A DNA stretch of 57,647 nucleotides, from the IMG/VR virus record IMGVR_UViG_3300021081_000002, positions 1 to 57,647 of that record; one strand, given 5' to 3'. The stretch's first letter is position 1. Every line of letters starts with the position of its first letter. A program made the position numbers and the translations under genes. Shown one piece after another: positions 1 through 9,372 of this stretch. This stretch comes from a virus. Lineage: Duplodnaviria; Caudoviricetes. The notes beneath the pieces are model-generated. The model was not told the DNA's origin, did no database searches, and saw nothing but the letters and a program-made list of their open reading frames with translations.

Positions 1-127
1 CACCTAGACTTTAGTCCGCTACTAACCCGAGAGTTTTTTCCAAAATTCTCTTCTGGAAGTGTCTCGTTGCATCCAGTACACAACTTCATCGGATTATCCT
101 TCGGCTAGCTTCTTCGCAGTTGCAGCG
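1..127. repeat. Terminal direct repeat (circular assembly overlap), identical to 57521-57647
   Basis: Exact 127-bp identity of both ends. The length matches a common assembler k-mer, and the overlap cuts through two genes. Confidence 0.95.
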
Positions 128-600
128 GCCTTCGTCAGCTTGTCCATGTAGTCAACTGCACCTTCGGCGGCCTGCTTCACTTGCTTTTCCGCTTCCTCCT
201 CGGTTTGGGGAGTCTTGATAGCGAGTCTGTTCCGCTTCCTTGCTTCCCACGTCGCACCGAAGGCATCTTCTCTTCGACGCATCTCGGCCATCAATAGTGC
301 GACATTAGATGCGGCTAGTGGCTTATCGCGAGCGACGTCAGGCCGGCGGATTCTCCACAGTTCGTTGTGAATCATCGCAGCCTCCAACAGACTCCACCAG
401 TCTGTCTCGATCATCAGCTTCGCTTGGGGCGACCGGCGCCACATCTCCCACCACGCTCGGGTCAATTTGCACCACTGGATGTTCGGGTGGTCAGGGAGAT
501 CGAAACCCCTGATTACACCGTCCTCCGTGATGATCTCTTCCTCGAACCGTACTGGGTTCCTGCGGACGCGGTCTTCGTCATCCTTCGGAATATTGCCCAT
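94..600 (-). CDS. Terminase small subunit
   Basis: RVRRN and 'WWEMWRRSPQAKLMIETDW' motifs, typical of actinophage TerS. It lies upstream of the large terminase across the circular join. GGAGG RBS. Confidence 0.8.
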   Translation of the reverse strand: MGNIPKDDEDRVRRNPVRFEEEIITEDGVIRGFDLPDHPNIQWCKLTRAWWEMWRRSPQAKLMIETDWWSLLEAAMIHNELWRIRRPDVARDKPLAASNVALLMAEMRRREDAFGATWEARKRNRLAIKTPQTEEEAEKQVKQAAEGAVDYMDKLTKAAATAKKLAEG

Positions 601-622
601 CTTTGACCTCCTGGGTCTGATT

Positions 623-2146
623 TTAAAAGAACGTTATAATGATGGCTATTCCCTCTTTGCCAGCGCCACCCGCACCACTATTACTACCGTTGACCGAGGC
701 GCCACCGCCTCCGCCACCGCCTCCGTAGATCCCTGCGTCAGCTCCAGCCTGCGCGGCAGTCGTAATAGAAGAAGCGCCACCGCCTCCGCCGGAACCGGGC
801 CTACCAGACCCGGAAACGATTGCTGTCCCGGAGCCGGGCGAGGTTGAATCTACGACCCCACCGACGCCAGCAGACGCCGTCGAACTGTTAGAGGCTCCAC
901 CGTTGCCACCGTTGCTAGCGACATTCGCAGTAGTTATGCCTCCACCGGCTCCACCCCCACCTGCGGCAGCTGACGCGCCGCTGTTGGGTCCAGCGAGCCC
1001 TGTAGCAGATGCGGCACCTCCAGCGGTGCCGATACTCATACCGCTGCCACCACCACCGGCCGTACCTAGTCCATTTGTACCGCCGCTGCCTCCAGCACCA
1101 GCTCCCGCGCGCACAAGCCCCGTACCGATTCCTGTAGAGGTTCCAGCGGCACCGGCCGCTCCATCGGTGTCGTTCGCTGTGACCGCTGCGCCACCGGCCC
1201 CGCCACCGCTGCCTACAATTACAGCTAACGTACTAGATAGGACGGAAGCAGGAAAGGTCGCCATCGTTTGGCCTCCGCCACCGCCTCCGCTGCCACCAGC
1301 TCGGACGGTGCCAGCTGCGCCACGTCGACCGGAACCTCCACCCGCGCCACCTCCGACAAGGAAAACATGCACGACTGTTGCGCCGGACGGTTTGGTCCAG
1401 GTGCCAGAGGTTGTAAATACTTGGACGTCGGGTGTCGGGGCTGCGGCACCAGTCGCGCCAGTAGGACCAACTAACGACACCCCGGAGGGCCATGAGCCCG
1501 TAGCCTTCGGTCCATACAAGAACGAAGTCGTCGTCCTAATATAGAAATCTCCGTTCACACCTTCAGTTGTTGGGGCGGCAGTTCCACTTAAGACTGTTTT
1601 ACCATCGGCGCCAGCCGAACCTGTCGATCCTGTACTACCTGTAGCTCCCGTGGTCCCCTGGATACCTTGCGGCCCGACTAGACTTGTGCCACCTGGCCAC
1701 GCCCCACTAGCCTTCGGCCCATAGATGGAGTTCGTTGATGTTCGGATGTAGAAGTTTCCATCCACACCCTCGGTAGTCGGTGCGGCGGTACCGTAAAGGA
1801 TGGTATTACCCGCAGCTCCAGTTGAACCGGTAGAACCGGTAGACCCGGTGGCGCCCGGCGTACCCTGAATCCCCTGGATTCCTTGGGGACCCACGAGAGA
1901 GACTCCCGAGGGCCAACTGCCAGCGGCCTTCGGCCCGTATATGAAGTTCGTAGTCGTGCGGATGTACCAGTCGCCGTTGACGCCTTCGGTGGTAGGAACC
2001 GCTGTTCCAGAGAGAATAGTCTTGCCATCTGCACCGGCCGGGCCTGCACCTTCACCCCCACCGCCAGGTGGACCTTGGACCCCAACCTCACTGAAAATAA
2101 TGGTGTCGTCGGGAGCAGAGATAATGATCAGTTCGTCGTCAGGCAT
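623..2146 (-). CDS. Collagen-like / Gly-rich fibre or minor structural protein
   Basis: G-X-Y runs, three ~50-aa repeats (TILSGTAxPTTEGVxGDxYIRTxTxxxYGPKA) and a C-terminal Gly-rich domain starting DVQVFTTSGTWTKP. Confidence 0.75.
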   Translation of the reverse strand: MPDDELIIISAPDDTIIFSEVGVQGPPGGGGEGAGPAGADGKTILSGTAVPTTEGVNGDWYIRTTTNFIYGPKAAGSWPSGVSLVGPQGIQGIQGTPGATGSTGSTGSTGAAGNTILYGTAAPTTEGVDGNFYIRTSTNSIYGPKASGAWPGGTSLVGPQGIQGTTGATGSTGSTGSAGADGKTVLSGTAAPTTEGVNGDFYIRTTTSFLYGPKATGSWPSGVSLVGPTGATGAAAPTPDVQVFTTSGTWTKPSGATVVHVFLVGGGAGGGSGRRGAAGTVRAGGSGGGGGGQTMATFPASVLSSTLAVIVGSGGGAGGAAVTANDTDGAAGAAGTSTGIGTGLVRAGAGAGGSGGTNGLGTAGGGGSGMSIGTAGGAASATGLAGPNSGASAAAGGGGAGGGITTANVASNGGNGGASNSSTASAGVGGVVDSTSPGSGTAIVSGSGRPGSGGGGGASSITTAAQAGADAGIYGGGGGGGGASVNGSNSGAGGAGKEGIAIIITFF

Positions 2147-2155
2147 TCTCTCCTC

Positions 2156-4231
2156 CTAGAAATAGGTAACGACGATGCAAATGCCTGCACCACCTATGCC
2201 ACCCGCACCACTATTGTTCCCGTTGACTGAAGCACCGCCTCCGCCACCGCCTCCTCCATAGATTCCGCCAGCGGCTCCAGTTTGGCCGACTGTCGTAATG
2301 GAAGACGCACCACCACCGCCACCGGATCCAGGCACGCCCGAGCCAGTAGTGATTGCGGTACCAGAACCCGGTTGGGTGCTGTCTATGACACCACCAGCTC
2401 CAGAGGAGGCTGTCGCTGAGTTGCTTGCGCCTCCGTTACCGCCCGCACTCGCGGCGTTACCGGAAGAGATGCCTCCACCTCCGCCACCACCGCCTGATGC
2501 GGCAGACGTCGCAGAGTTAGCGCCAGCCGCGCCAGCCGCCGCAGCGGCTCCACCAGCAGTCCCGAGGTGAGCGCCGTTGCCAGCACTACCACCCGTACCG
2601 GCACTAGCAGTACCGCCGCTACCACCAGTAGGGGCACCAGACCGAACTAGCGTCCCGAACGTCGTCGCTGCGCCACCGGTACCGGCGTTGCCGTCCGTAT
2701 CGTTTGCTGTGATAGCGGTACCGCCTGCGCCAGCCGCACCGATTGTGACGGCTACGGTGGCACCTAAGATTGAAGCGGGGATGCGGTGCGCACTACTCCC
2801 AGCGCCACCACCACCGGATCCACCAGAACGGACTGAGCCGGCTGCACCTCGGCGGCCGGAGCCACCTCCGCCGCCACCAGCTATACAGCTGACGTCTACA
2901 AACTGAGCACCCGTTGGTTTAGTCCAAGTTCCCGTTGCTGTGAACACCTGGACATCTGTGGTTCGCACCGGAGGGACAACGCCCATCCGAGAGATTGTGC
3001 CAAGGTATTCGTCGATGTAGGTGTTGGTGAGGTTGCCGCTGTTGTCGTCTACTCCCGCAGTCGTCGCGCCAGAGTACGCGCCAGCGAGATTGACGTAGGT
3101 ATTCGAAACGCCACTAGCGATGGTGACGTTATGGCCTTTGTAACCCTTAACTCCAACGATTCGGTTGCGGTCCTGTAGCACCGTAACGCCGGTGTCGACA
3201 TTGACGGCGCCTGTACCCCGCCCGGGGATCTGACCCGTGATGGAGTTGCCACCGAAGTTCTCCGACACCGGAACAGCTAGACGGAAGTAGCTGGTGTTGG
3301 TGGCCGCAGCCTCCTTAGCGATATCAAAGAACTGGAAGTCGCTGATGATGTTAGCGGAACCTTCGATGTGAAACAGCGCGCCGTTGGTGGGGACGTGTAA
3401 GAACTCGTACCACCAGCTATCGAAGAGGTTGTCGTGGGGAGTGAACGAAGCATTGCCGGTGATCCTCGCTGCACCAGAGACGCCGCAGTCAGCCGAGCCT
3501 GTGATCGACCTGAACCCGATACCACGGAATCGGTTGCCGTTAGGCTCATCAGCGACGAAATAAGGGACGTCGTTAGCCTTAGCACTGACAGGGGTATTGA
3601 GTGTGATTCGTTCGAAGTCGGAGAGATAGACCCCGGAGCCGGGGTTTGATTTCAGCTCTAGACAAGGCCCACCAGTATTGGCAATTGCGATGTCGCAGAA
3701 CAACGCCGACCCCATGGCCAGCAGCCGGATGCCAGCGTTGTTCTTCGTGGCGTCAGCGACGTTACTGCCCTGGATGAAAACCCCAGATAGAGGCGTAATC
3801 CGTCCCATCGCGGAGGACGGCAGAACATACCCAGTGAAGTCCAGCACCGGCCCCGTCTGAGTACTTGCTTTAATGACAGAACCGTTCGGAGTAGAACCTG
3901 CTCCAACCCCCGCTCCGTCGCCATGAATCTGTACCGAGTAACCGCTTAGGCTCAAGCCGTTGAGGACGTCAATTACCATACCAGCGGGGATGCGAACGAT
4001 CGTGTACTTGCCCCGAGCCTCGGCCGCGTCGAGTGCGTTGATGAAGGCCGCACGGCTCCCCAGGGTGCCGAAAGCTGGGTTGTCTGCGCGAACCTCAAGC
4101 CCAGAGGTGTAGTTGGGGGTAAGGGAGGCAAGAGAGAGGCTGGCGCCAGTATCCGACAACACTAGCGAGTCAGCGTCGGTTATCGTCAGGCTCTCATTAG
4201 GTTCCTGAAATTGGAGATTGTCGCTAGTCAC
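2156..4231 (-). CDS. Tail spike/fibre-like protein: putative beta-helix domain plus Gly-rich C-terminal domain
   Basis: The N-terminus resembles pectate-lyase-like beta-helix caps (AAFINALDAA...IVRIPAG...IHGDG). The C-terminal ~265 aa are paralogous to 623-1430. Confidence 0.6.
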   Translation of the reverse strand: MTSDNLQFQEPNESLTITDADSLVLSDTGASLSLASLTPNYTSGLEVRADNPAFGTLGSRAAFINALDAAEARGKYTIVRIPAGMVIDVLNGLSLSGYSVQIHGDGAGVGAGSTPNGSVIKASTQTGPVLDFTGYVLPSSAMGRITPLSGVFIQGSNVADATKNNAGIRLLAMGSALFCDIAIANTGGPCLELKSNPGSGVYLSDFERITLNTPVSAKANDVPYFVADEPNGNRFRGIGFRSITGSADCGVSGAARITGNASFTPHDNLFDSWWYEFLHVPTNGALFHIEGSANIISDFQFFDIAKEAAATNTSYFRLAVPVSENFGGNSITGQIPGRGTGAVNVDTGVTVLQDRNRIVGVKGYKGHNVTIASGVSNTYVNLAGAYSGATTAGVDDNSGNLTNTYIDEYLGTISRMGVVPPVRTTDVQVFTATGTWTKPTGAQFVDVSCIAGGGGGGSGRRGAAGSVRSGGSGGGGAGSSAHRIPASILGATVAVTIGAAGAGGTAITANDTDGNAGTGGAATTFGTLVRSGAPTGGSGGTASAGTGGSAGNGAHLGTAGGAAAAAGAAGANSATSAASGGGGGGGGISSGNAASAGGNGGASNSATASSGAGGVIDSTQPGSGTAITTGSGVPGSGGGGGASSITTVGQTGAAGGIYGGGGGGGGASVNGNNSGAGGIGGAGICIVVTYF

Positions 4232-4541
4232 TTGCGATCACCTCGCCAATCAACAGAGTTTTGACGTATGGCGCAGTAATACGAAGCGTATGCCTCCCCC
4301 TGCCACTGAGATCATCCGTTTCAGTGGAGGGGAGGGTTAGAGTGATAACGCCCGTGACTCCGACGACGCTAAGCATCGAATTAGCGGTGTTAGCGACGAT
4401 AGTTACGGTATCAGTTACGAATTCCCATTCGATGGTTAGGCCACTGAGATCTACCGGTACACCGGCAGTCAGGTACTGAACCTGTCTGGTAGTGGTGTCG
4501 CCAGTGTATATATAGAAGTTGTAATTAGCTGGTAACCCCAC
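4224..4541 (-). CDS. Small virion-associated protein (fibre/baseplate adaptor-like)
   Basis: GDT...PVDLSG...GVITLTL pattern. GGAGGG RBS. Overlaps the start of the next gene. Confidence 0.55.
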   Translation of the reverse strand: MGLPANYNFYIYTGDTTTRQVQYLTAGVPVDLSGLTIEWEFVTDTVTIVANTANSMLSVVGVTGVITLTLPSTETDDLSGRGRHTLRITAPYVKTLLIGEVIASD

Positions 4542-4553
4542 TGTGCCCTCCCT

Positions 4554-5390
4554 CTATCGGTTCTTTCGGAATCGCTTCCACCACACGTGCCCGTGCTGAG
4601 ACTCGTCCACTAGCCTTCGCATCTTTTCGAGATCACCGGTTGCCCGGTTGTAGCGAATAGCGAGGTTGTCATTAGTTCGGGGGTGATGCTGTCCCTTCCA
4701 TTTCCGAGTCACCCAAGTATCGCCATGCTTCGGGTGCCACATATGGAGGACGTCGTTCTTGGAAGTCTTATGCTTCCCATATAGAGTATCGAGCGCTCGG
4801 ACGAAGGCGATGTCTTCACCACCCCAGCCACGGAAGCGCTTATCCATACCACCGACGAGTTCGAATGCCTCCCGGGGCATAATCTGGATTAACGCACCGA
4901 ACCGGTGGCCGAAGGCAGAGCCTTGGATCGACTCGACGTCCAAGTCACTCGGCGGGGACGGGAATCTCAGCGGGTCGGTGGGAGAACTCTGAAGTACTCT
5001 CTCAGTCGCTTCAGCTGTCAATCGGAACACACGGCGGTAGGGAACGAACCACAACGGATATCCCTTTCGCCGAGCGCGGTTGATACGCGCGGCGGCATCT
5101 CTGATTACCTGACCGGGAATATAGGTGTCCGCGTCGAGTATCACAAAGATGTTGCCACGTGCGCGTGAGGCAGCGTCGTTCACCGCGCAAGTCTTCGAAA
5201 AGGGGGTGCCGTTGTCATCCCCCATGACGATCTCGGCCTCGGGGAGTTCGCTAGCCCAGTAATGCTCTAGCCACTTCCAAATACGTTTCCGGTGAGCGTT
5301 ATCTGGCCGGAAGGGCACGAGGAGGGAAATTTTAGGATCGGGCGGTCTGTGATGGGGATGGCGTCGGTGGCGCCACCAGCTACTTACCAC
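4554..5390 (-). CDS. Glycosyltransferase, GT-A fold (GT2 / galactosyltransferase C-terminal type)
   Basis: ISLLVPF, DxD motif (LDADT), GGMDKRFRGWGGED. Start placed at GTG 5390, overlapping the upstream stop. Confidence 0.85.
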   Translation of the reverse strand: MVSSWWRHRRHPHHRPPDPKISLLVPFRPDNAHRKRIWKWLEHYWASELPEAEIVMGDDNGTPFSKTCAVNDAASRARGNIFVILDADTYIPGQVIRDAAARINRARRKGYPLWFVPYRRVFRLTAEATERVLQSSPTDPLRFPSPPSDLDVESIQGSAFGHRFGALIQIMPREAFELVGGMDKRFRGWGGEDIAFVRALDTLYGKHKTSKNDVLHMWHPKHGDTWVTRKWKGQHHPRTNDNLAIRYNRATGDLEKMRRLVDESQHGHVWWKRFRKNR

Positions 5391-6096
5391 TCTGCACCAT
5401 CTGACCAACCAACTCGAACATGTCGTATAACTCGTGCTGCATATCTTCGATCCAGTATCGCGGAGCTTGCTGAGTTTTGCCGAGCACCAGTTCCATGCCA
5501 AGCGAAGCAGAGTAGTCACGGAATTTAAACAACCCACCTTCCTTGTCTAGAGTCGTCGAATACTCGATTCGCCGGGGGATAGCGAAGGAGTCTGCCACGA
5601 TAATGCCGTGTAGTGAACTAGAGACAATTTTCTGGCACCGTCCGATCTCGGCAATAACCTCTAACGGGTCGCCTTCGGGACGGATAATGCGAGGGTTGTA
5701 TTTCGTGAACTGAGTTTCGAGGTGGTGATCGCTCCAGTGGGGAACGATACCGAGGTCGTATTCTTTCTTCACCGAAACGAGTTCATCACTAAGGAGTCCG
5801 GGGTCACCGATAACGATGTCTCGCCGACCACCCGAGGATAACGGACCCCTGGCTCCCAGGACTGTGGCATTGAAAGTCCGAGGGATGACGTCGGTGTTCT
5901 CGAATAGCATCCCAGAGCCAGCGACGATCCCGGTGTAGTGGGGAGTAACCGCTTCAAGGATAGAGCCGACACAGAGGATGTCAGCGTTTACCACTGGCGC
6001 CCATTCGACTTCTATCCCTGCAAATCGACTGAGAAGTAGTGGGGTGAGTTGGTCGCCGAAGTTCTTTTTGCCCTTCCACCAAAACGCAGTTGTCAT
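5380..6096 (-). CDS. Polysaccharide pyruvyl transferase family protein
   Basis: NFGD, GSIL, RGPLS, GDPGLL, GIVPHW and SSSLHGIIVAD motifs. Confidence 0.85.
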   Translation of the reverse strand: MTTAFWWKGKKNFGDQLTPLLLSRFAGIEVEWAPVVNADILCVGSILEAVTPHYTGIVAGSGMLFENTDVIPRTFNATVLGARGPLSSGGRRDIVIGDPGLLSDELVSVKKEYDLGIVPHWSDHHLETQFTKYNPRIIRPEGDPLEVIAEIGRCQKIVSSSLHGIIVADSFAIPRRIEYSTTLDKEGGLFKFRDYSASLGMELVLGKTQQAPRYWIEDMQHELYDMFELVGQMVQSGK

Positions 6097-6100
6097 CTCT

Positions 6101-7024
6101 CTAATCCTTTCGGAGAGCCAGCTTTATACCATCTTCGACGGAGATCTCAGGCGTGTAGTGTTCGAGCATCCTCGTTGGGTTGCCGACGCGGTAGCGGACA
6201 CCAGTAGGTTTACAGATGTCGTATGTCACCTGTGGCCGAGCCACCGGAGCGGTGTTGTGATGTGGCAACCCGAGGAAGCCACGGTCGAATGCGAGATCCC
6301 ATGCGGTCTTAGCTAGTGCCCCCATCTCTGTTCCAACGCCGGTGCAGAGATTGACAGGTCGACGGTCATCATCTCGATATACAGCATAAGCTGCTCGTAC
6401 GACATCGTCGATATGAATCCAATCTCTAGTTTGACCGGGTGGTCCCCACACCGTGAGATCGTTATTTCGGGCACGCCGAATGATGCTTGGAAACGGGTAA
6501 TCAAGAGATTGGTCTGCACCATATCCACTAAACGGCCGGACCACGTGTACTCGTAGGCCGAGTTCGTTTGCGGCCTTAGCGAGTCTTTCTCCGGTGACTT
6601 TGGCCCATCCGTAGTTGGCGTCGGGGTTGGCGACATCGAGAGAGAGATCTCTTTCTTCGAGATTCTTGTGGCAATACTGTCCCTGAAAGTGCGTAGGATA
6701 GACGGCAGAGCTAGAGAAATACAAAATAGCACGCTGCTGAGTCCGAACAGCCCAATTGAAAAGCTCGGCATCCAAGATGAGGTTGTCTGCAAGGTTTAGG
6801 TTCGTCCCATCGATTGTCGCTCTTCCACCGACCTTATAGGCGCAGTGGACGGCGAGGTCGTAGACCTCATCAGCAAAATGGAAATATTCGACAGCAGACA
6901 AGCCGTCGTAGGCTATATCGACGCATCTGACCTCGTAATCGAGGTCAACGAGGTAATCGACCATATGCCGGCCAACGAAGCCGTTGCTACCGGTTACGAG
7001 TGCAGTTTTCATTGACATCCCCAT
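6101..7024 (-). CDS. NAD-dependent epimerase/dehydratase (extended SDR)
   Basis: LVTGSNGFVG Rossmann motif, SSSAVY, catalytic YGWAK (YxxxK), QTRDWIHIDD. Confidence 0.92.
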   Translation of the reverse strand: MGMSMKTALVTGSNGFVGRHMVDYLVDLDYEVRCVDIAYDGLSAVEYFHFADEVYDLAVHCAYKVGGRATIDGTNLNLADNLILDAELFNWAVRTQQRAILYFSSSAVYPTHFQGQYCHKNLEERDLSLDVANPDANYGWAKVTGERLAKAANELGLRVHVVRPFSGYGADQSLDYPFPSIIRRARNNDLTVWGPPGQTRDWIHIDDVVRAAYAVYRDDDRRPVNLCTGVGTEMGALAKTAWDLAFDRGFLGLPHHNTAPVARPQVTYDICKPTGVRYRVGNPTRMLEHYTPEISVEDGIKLALRKD

Positions 7025-7557
7025 ATTTGGAAACAGTAGCCCGGGTCGAAGTAGGTCTCGCGGTAATGCGTGGGATTCCAGCCTGTGTCAACTAACATCG
7101 CCTTAACAGCCTCTTGATCCCAACTCCAGTAATGCTCGGGGTTGTCGTCCCGCCACCGACAGATTGGAGTGCTGACGATCAGCTTCTTCGACTTCTGACG
7201 TATCTGTCGTAGCACCGATTCTGGGTCGTCGAGATGTTCGAGGGTTTCGCAGCAAAAGAAGACGTCTACCTCTGGGATCTCCTTTATCGTCTCTTCGATC
7301 GGTCCGCAGTAGGCGTAGCCTGGAGCGTAATCCCCGAGGTACCGTTTCTGGAATGGCAGGCGATTGATGGTGAAAGCGTTACCGCAGGAGAGGTCAGCTC
7401 CGGTGTGGTCAGTGTCGTCCATCAGCTCTGCGGCTAGGTCCAGAGTCGAGCACACACGAAGGACATGATCTGGCCACTGAGTGTGGTCGTGGGGGACGGC
7501 GTAGATCTCTCTTAGCTCTTCGTCTGTATACTTCTCCCGGCAACGGTTGCGGTACAT
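7009..7557 (-). CDS. Class I SAM-dependent methyltransferase
   Basis: DLSCGNA motif I, ETLEHLDDP, LIVSTP. Confidence 0.8.
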   Translation of the reverse strand: MYRNRCREKYTDEELREIYAVPHDHTQWPDHVLRVCSTLDLAAELMDDTDHTGADLSCGNAFTINRLPFQKRYLGDYAPGYAYCGPIEETIKEIPEVDVFFCCETLEHLDDPESVLRQIRQKSKKLIVSTPICRWRDDNPEHYWSWDQEAVKAMLVDTGWNPTHYRETYFDPGYCFQIWGCQ

Positions 7558-8312
7558 CCGTACCTCGCTTCAAAGACGTCGGGATTAGCTAAAAGTTCCT
7601 TATCGGTGGGCCAGCCACCGTCAGCCCAGTCGAAGTTGCTACGGTTGCCGTGTTCGGGGAACCGCATCTTCCCGTTGGCGTAATACCCAGCTCCGCAAAA
7701 TGACCGCGTCGGCCGAGCTACCCGAAGAGGCCGCCGCTGAGACATCCGCTCGTACATCCAATTGCATCCGATGTGAGCCATAATCTTCCTTCGGCATATC
7801 GGCCAGACCTGGAATAGCAGTGCTAGCTGGTCGGTCTGGTAGTAGTCACCGGTTATGGTATCGGACAACCCACCGAGTTCGTAATAATTACTCCGCTGAA
7901 TGCCCCATAGCCCCGCAAGAAGTTGCCGACCATGATAGGGGTGGTCTCGGATGACGTGATAGGGCAACTCTGATTGTTGTGACCACTCACGGACAGCTGC
8001 GATTTCCCTGGAACAAAGCCTGGAATCGACATCCCTAAAGAGGATGAAGTCGTGATCAGAATGCTTCACCGCACGGAATCTCCACCACGTCGCGGTCTGA
8101 TCTTCTGGTTCGTCGACAAATTCGAAGTCGGCATGAGGGTTGCTGTTCCGGATACGAGTGACTACTGAATCTGGCACAGATCGACCGCAGTAATACCACA
8201 AGTCCCAGTCTGGATGAGATTTGCGGTAGTCGGCGGCATTTGTTATCGCACCACCGTAGTAGATGTCGTCCTCATCCAAACCAAACAAGCTAAAAGCAAC
8301 TAGCCCCCGCAC
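7512..8312 (-). CDS. Putative glycosyltransferase-like protein
   Basis: AFSLFG..Y..G, WRF, FRDVDSR (DxD), RDHPYH...AGLWG, DQ..L. Located inside the glycan cassette. Confidence 0.55.
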   Translation of the reverse strand: MRGLVAFSLFGLDEDDIYYGGAITNAADYRKSHPDWDLWYYCGRSVPDSVVTRIRNSNPHADFEFVDEPEDQTATWWRFRAVKHSDHDFILFRDVDSRLCSREIAAVREWSQQSELPYHVIRDHPYHGRQLLAGLWGIQRSNYYELGGLSDTITGDYYQTDQLALLFQVWPICRRKIMAHIGCNWMYERMSQRRPLRVARPTRSFCGAGYYANGKMRFPEHGNRSNFDWADGGWPTDKELLANPDVFEARYGCTATVAGRSIQTKS

Positions 8313-8315
8313 ATC

Positions 8316-8711
8316 TCACCTCCCATAGGTTCGGATTCGATGACAGTTAGCACAGACTACGTCGCACTTGTCTATCTCCTCTTGAACCAACCTAAGCGAA
8401 CGATGGGTGCCGGTGGCGATATTAAACTTTTTCTCTTTTGGATTACGGTGATCGAAGTCCATTACGCATGGCGGATATTTATTGCCGCAGTCCATACACG
8501 GAACGTCTTTGACGGAATTGGTGAGGCAGTAGAAAGCTTCAATACGTTCTTTCTTACCAGCGGCTCCCCAATTAGGGTTCTCTCGTCGCTTGACGTTTTC
8601 GCAATTCCTGCAATAAGACTTCAGGCCGTCGTAGCGTTTGGAGTTTTTATTGAACTCAGCCCGAGACTTTTCAGTGCTGCATCCCGGACAACGCTTTAAG
8701 CCGCGCGACAT
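8316..8711 (-). CDS. HNH endonuclease
   Basis: CxxC pairs, FDHR and KCDVVCANCHRIRT. Start placed at the ATG of MSRGLKRC. Confidence 0.85.
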   Translation of the reverse strand: MSRGLKRCPGCSTEKSRAEFNKNSKRYDGLKSYCRNCENVKRRENPNWGAAGKKERIEAFYCLTNSVKDVPCMDCGNKYPPCVMDFDHRNPKEKKFNIATGTHRSLRLVQEEIDKCDVVCANCHRIRTYGR

Positions 8712-9372
8712 CTCCACCAAACTCCCCACTGTCGTTATAGCGCGCGTACTCGGCGATGTCGGCGTTGGCCACAAGGTGGCTGTTCACTTCCTTGTAGTTG
8801 ACGTCATCCTTCCCCTTACCGGCGAGAGGGTGCATATGCTCGACTACCGTCTCCGGGAGATAGGTCAGGCGGTTGAGCGCCATACCCCAGTCTTTCCAGA
8901 CGACGTCAACACAAAGATGCTGGAAGCCAGGTGGGACCATATACCCGAGTGCTCGGGGGATGTTGGTAGTCATCGCTACCTGAGTGGGTATGGCCTCATA
9001 CTGGAAGAGATCGTTTCCGTATACGAACCCCGTTCCCAGTGTCTCCAATGCCTCAAGGTAGTCGTTGTCCCATCCTCGTGTACGAGCACGGTGATCGTCA
9101 CCCATGAAGCCAACTGCAAATCCCAGCCGAGGTGCGAGTGCTGTATAAGCTTGATTAAGTGCGTCGCACATTCCTCTTCGACCGCCCGGGACAGCAACGA
9201 CTCTCCCATATCCTGTAAGGAGCTTGTAGTATGTTGGTAGATACGGGTCGCTGTCGTCACAGACAATCACCAGTTCTGTCGATGCCGTCGTCGTATCTCT
9301 GAAATTGTCGTAGAGTTCTACAGCGCTCTTCGGCCTGCCTTTGGAAGGTACCAGTATGGTCAGCGCGCTCAT
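8671..9372 (-). CDS. Glycosyltransferase family 2
   Basis: ILVPSKGRP, VCDDSD, FMGDDH, VEHMHP. Confidence 0.8.
   Translation of the reverse strand: MSALTILVPSKGRPKSAVELYDNFRDTTTASTELVIVCDDSDPYLPTYYKLLTGYGRVVAVPGGRRGMCDALNQAYTALAPRLGFAVGFMGDDHRARTRGWDNDYLEALETLGTGFVYGNDLFQYEAIPTQVAMTTNIPRALGYMVPPGFQHLCVDVVWKDWGMALNRLTYLPETVVEHMHPLAGKGKDDVNYKEVNSHLVANADIAEYARYNDSGEFGGDVARLKALSGMQH

Noticed and set aside
1-127. Biological terminal repeat
   Set aside because: It is exactly 127 bp and cuts through two genes, the typical assembler overlap of a circular contig.
903-2906. Pro/Ala-rich plus-strand ORFs
   Set aside because: Antisense shadows of the Gly-rich fibre genes.
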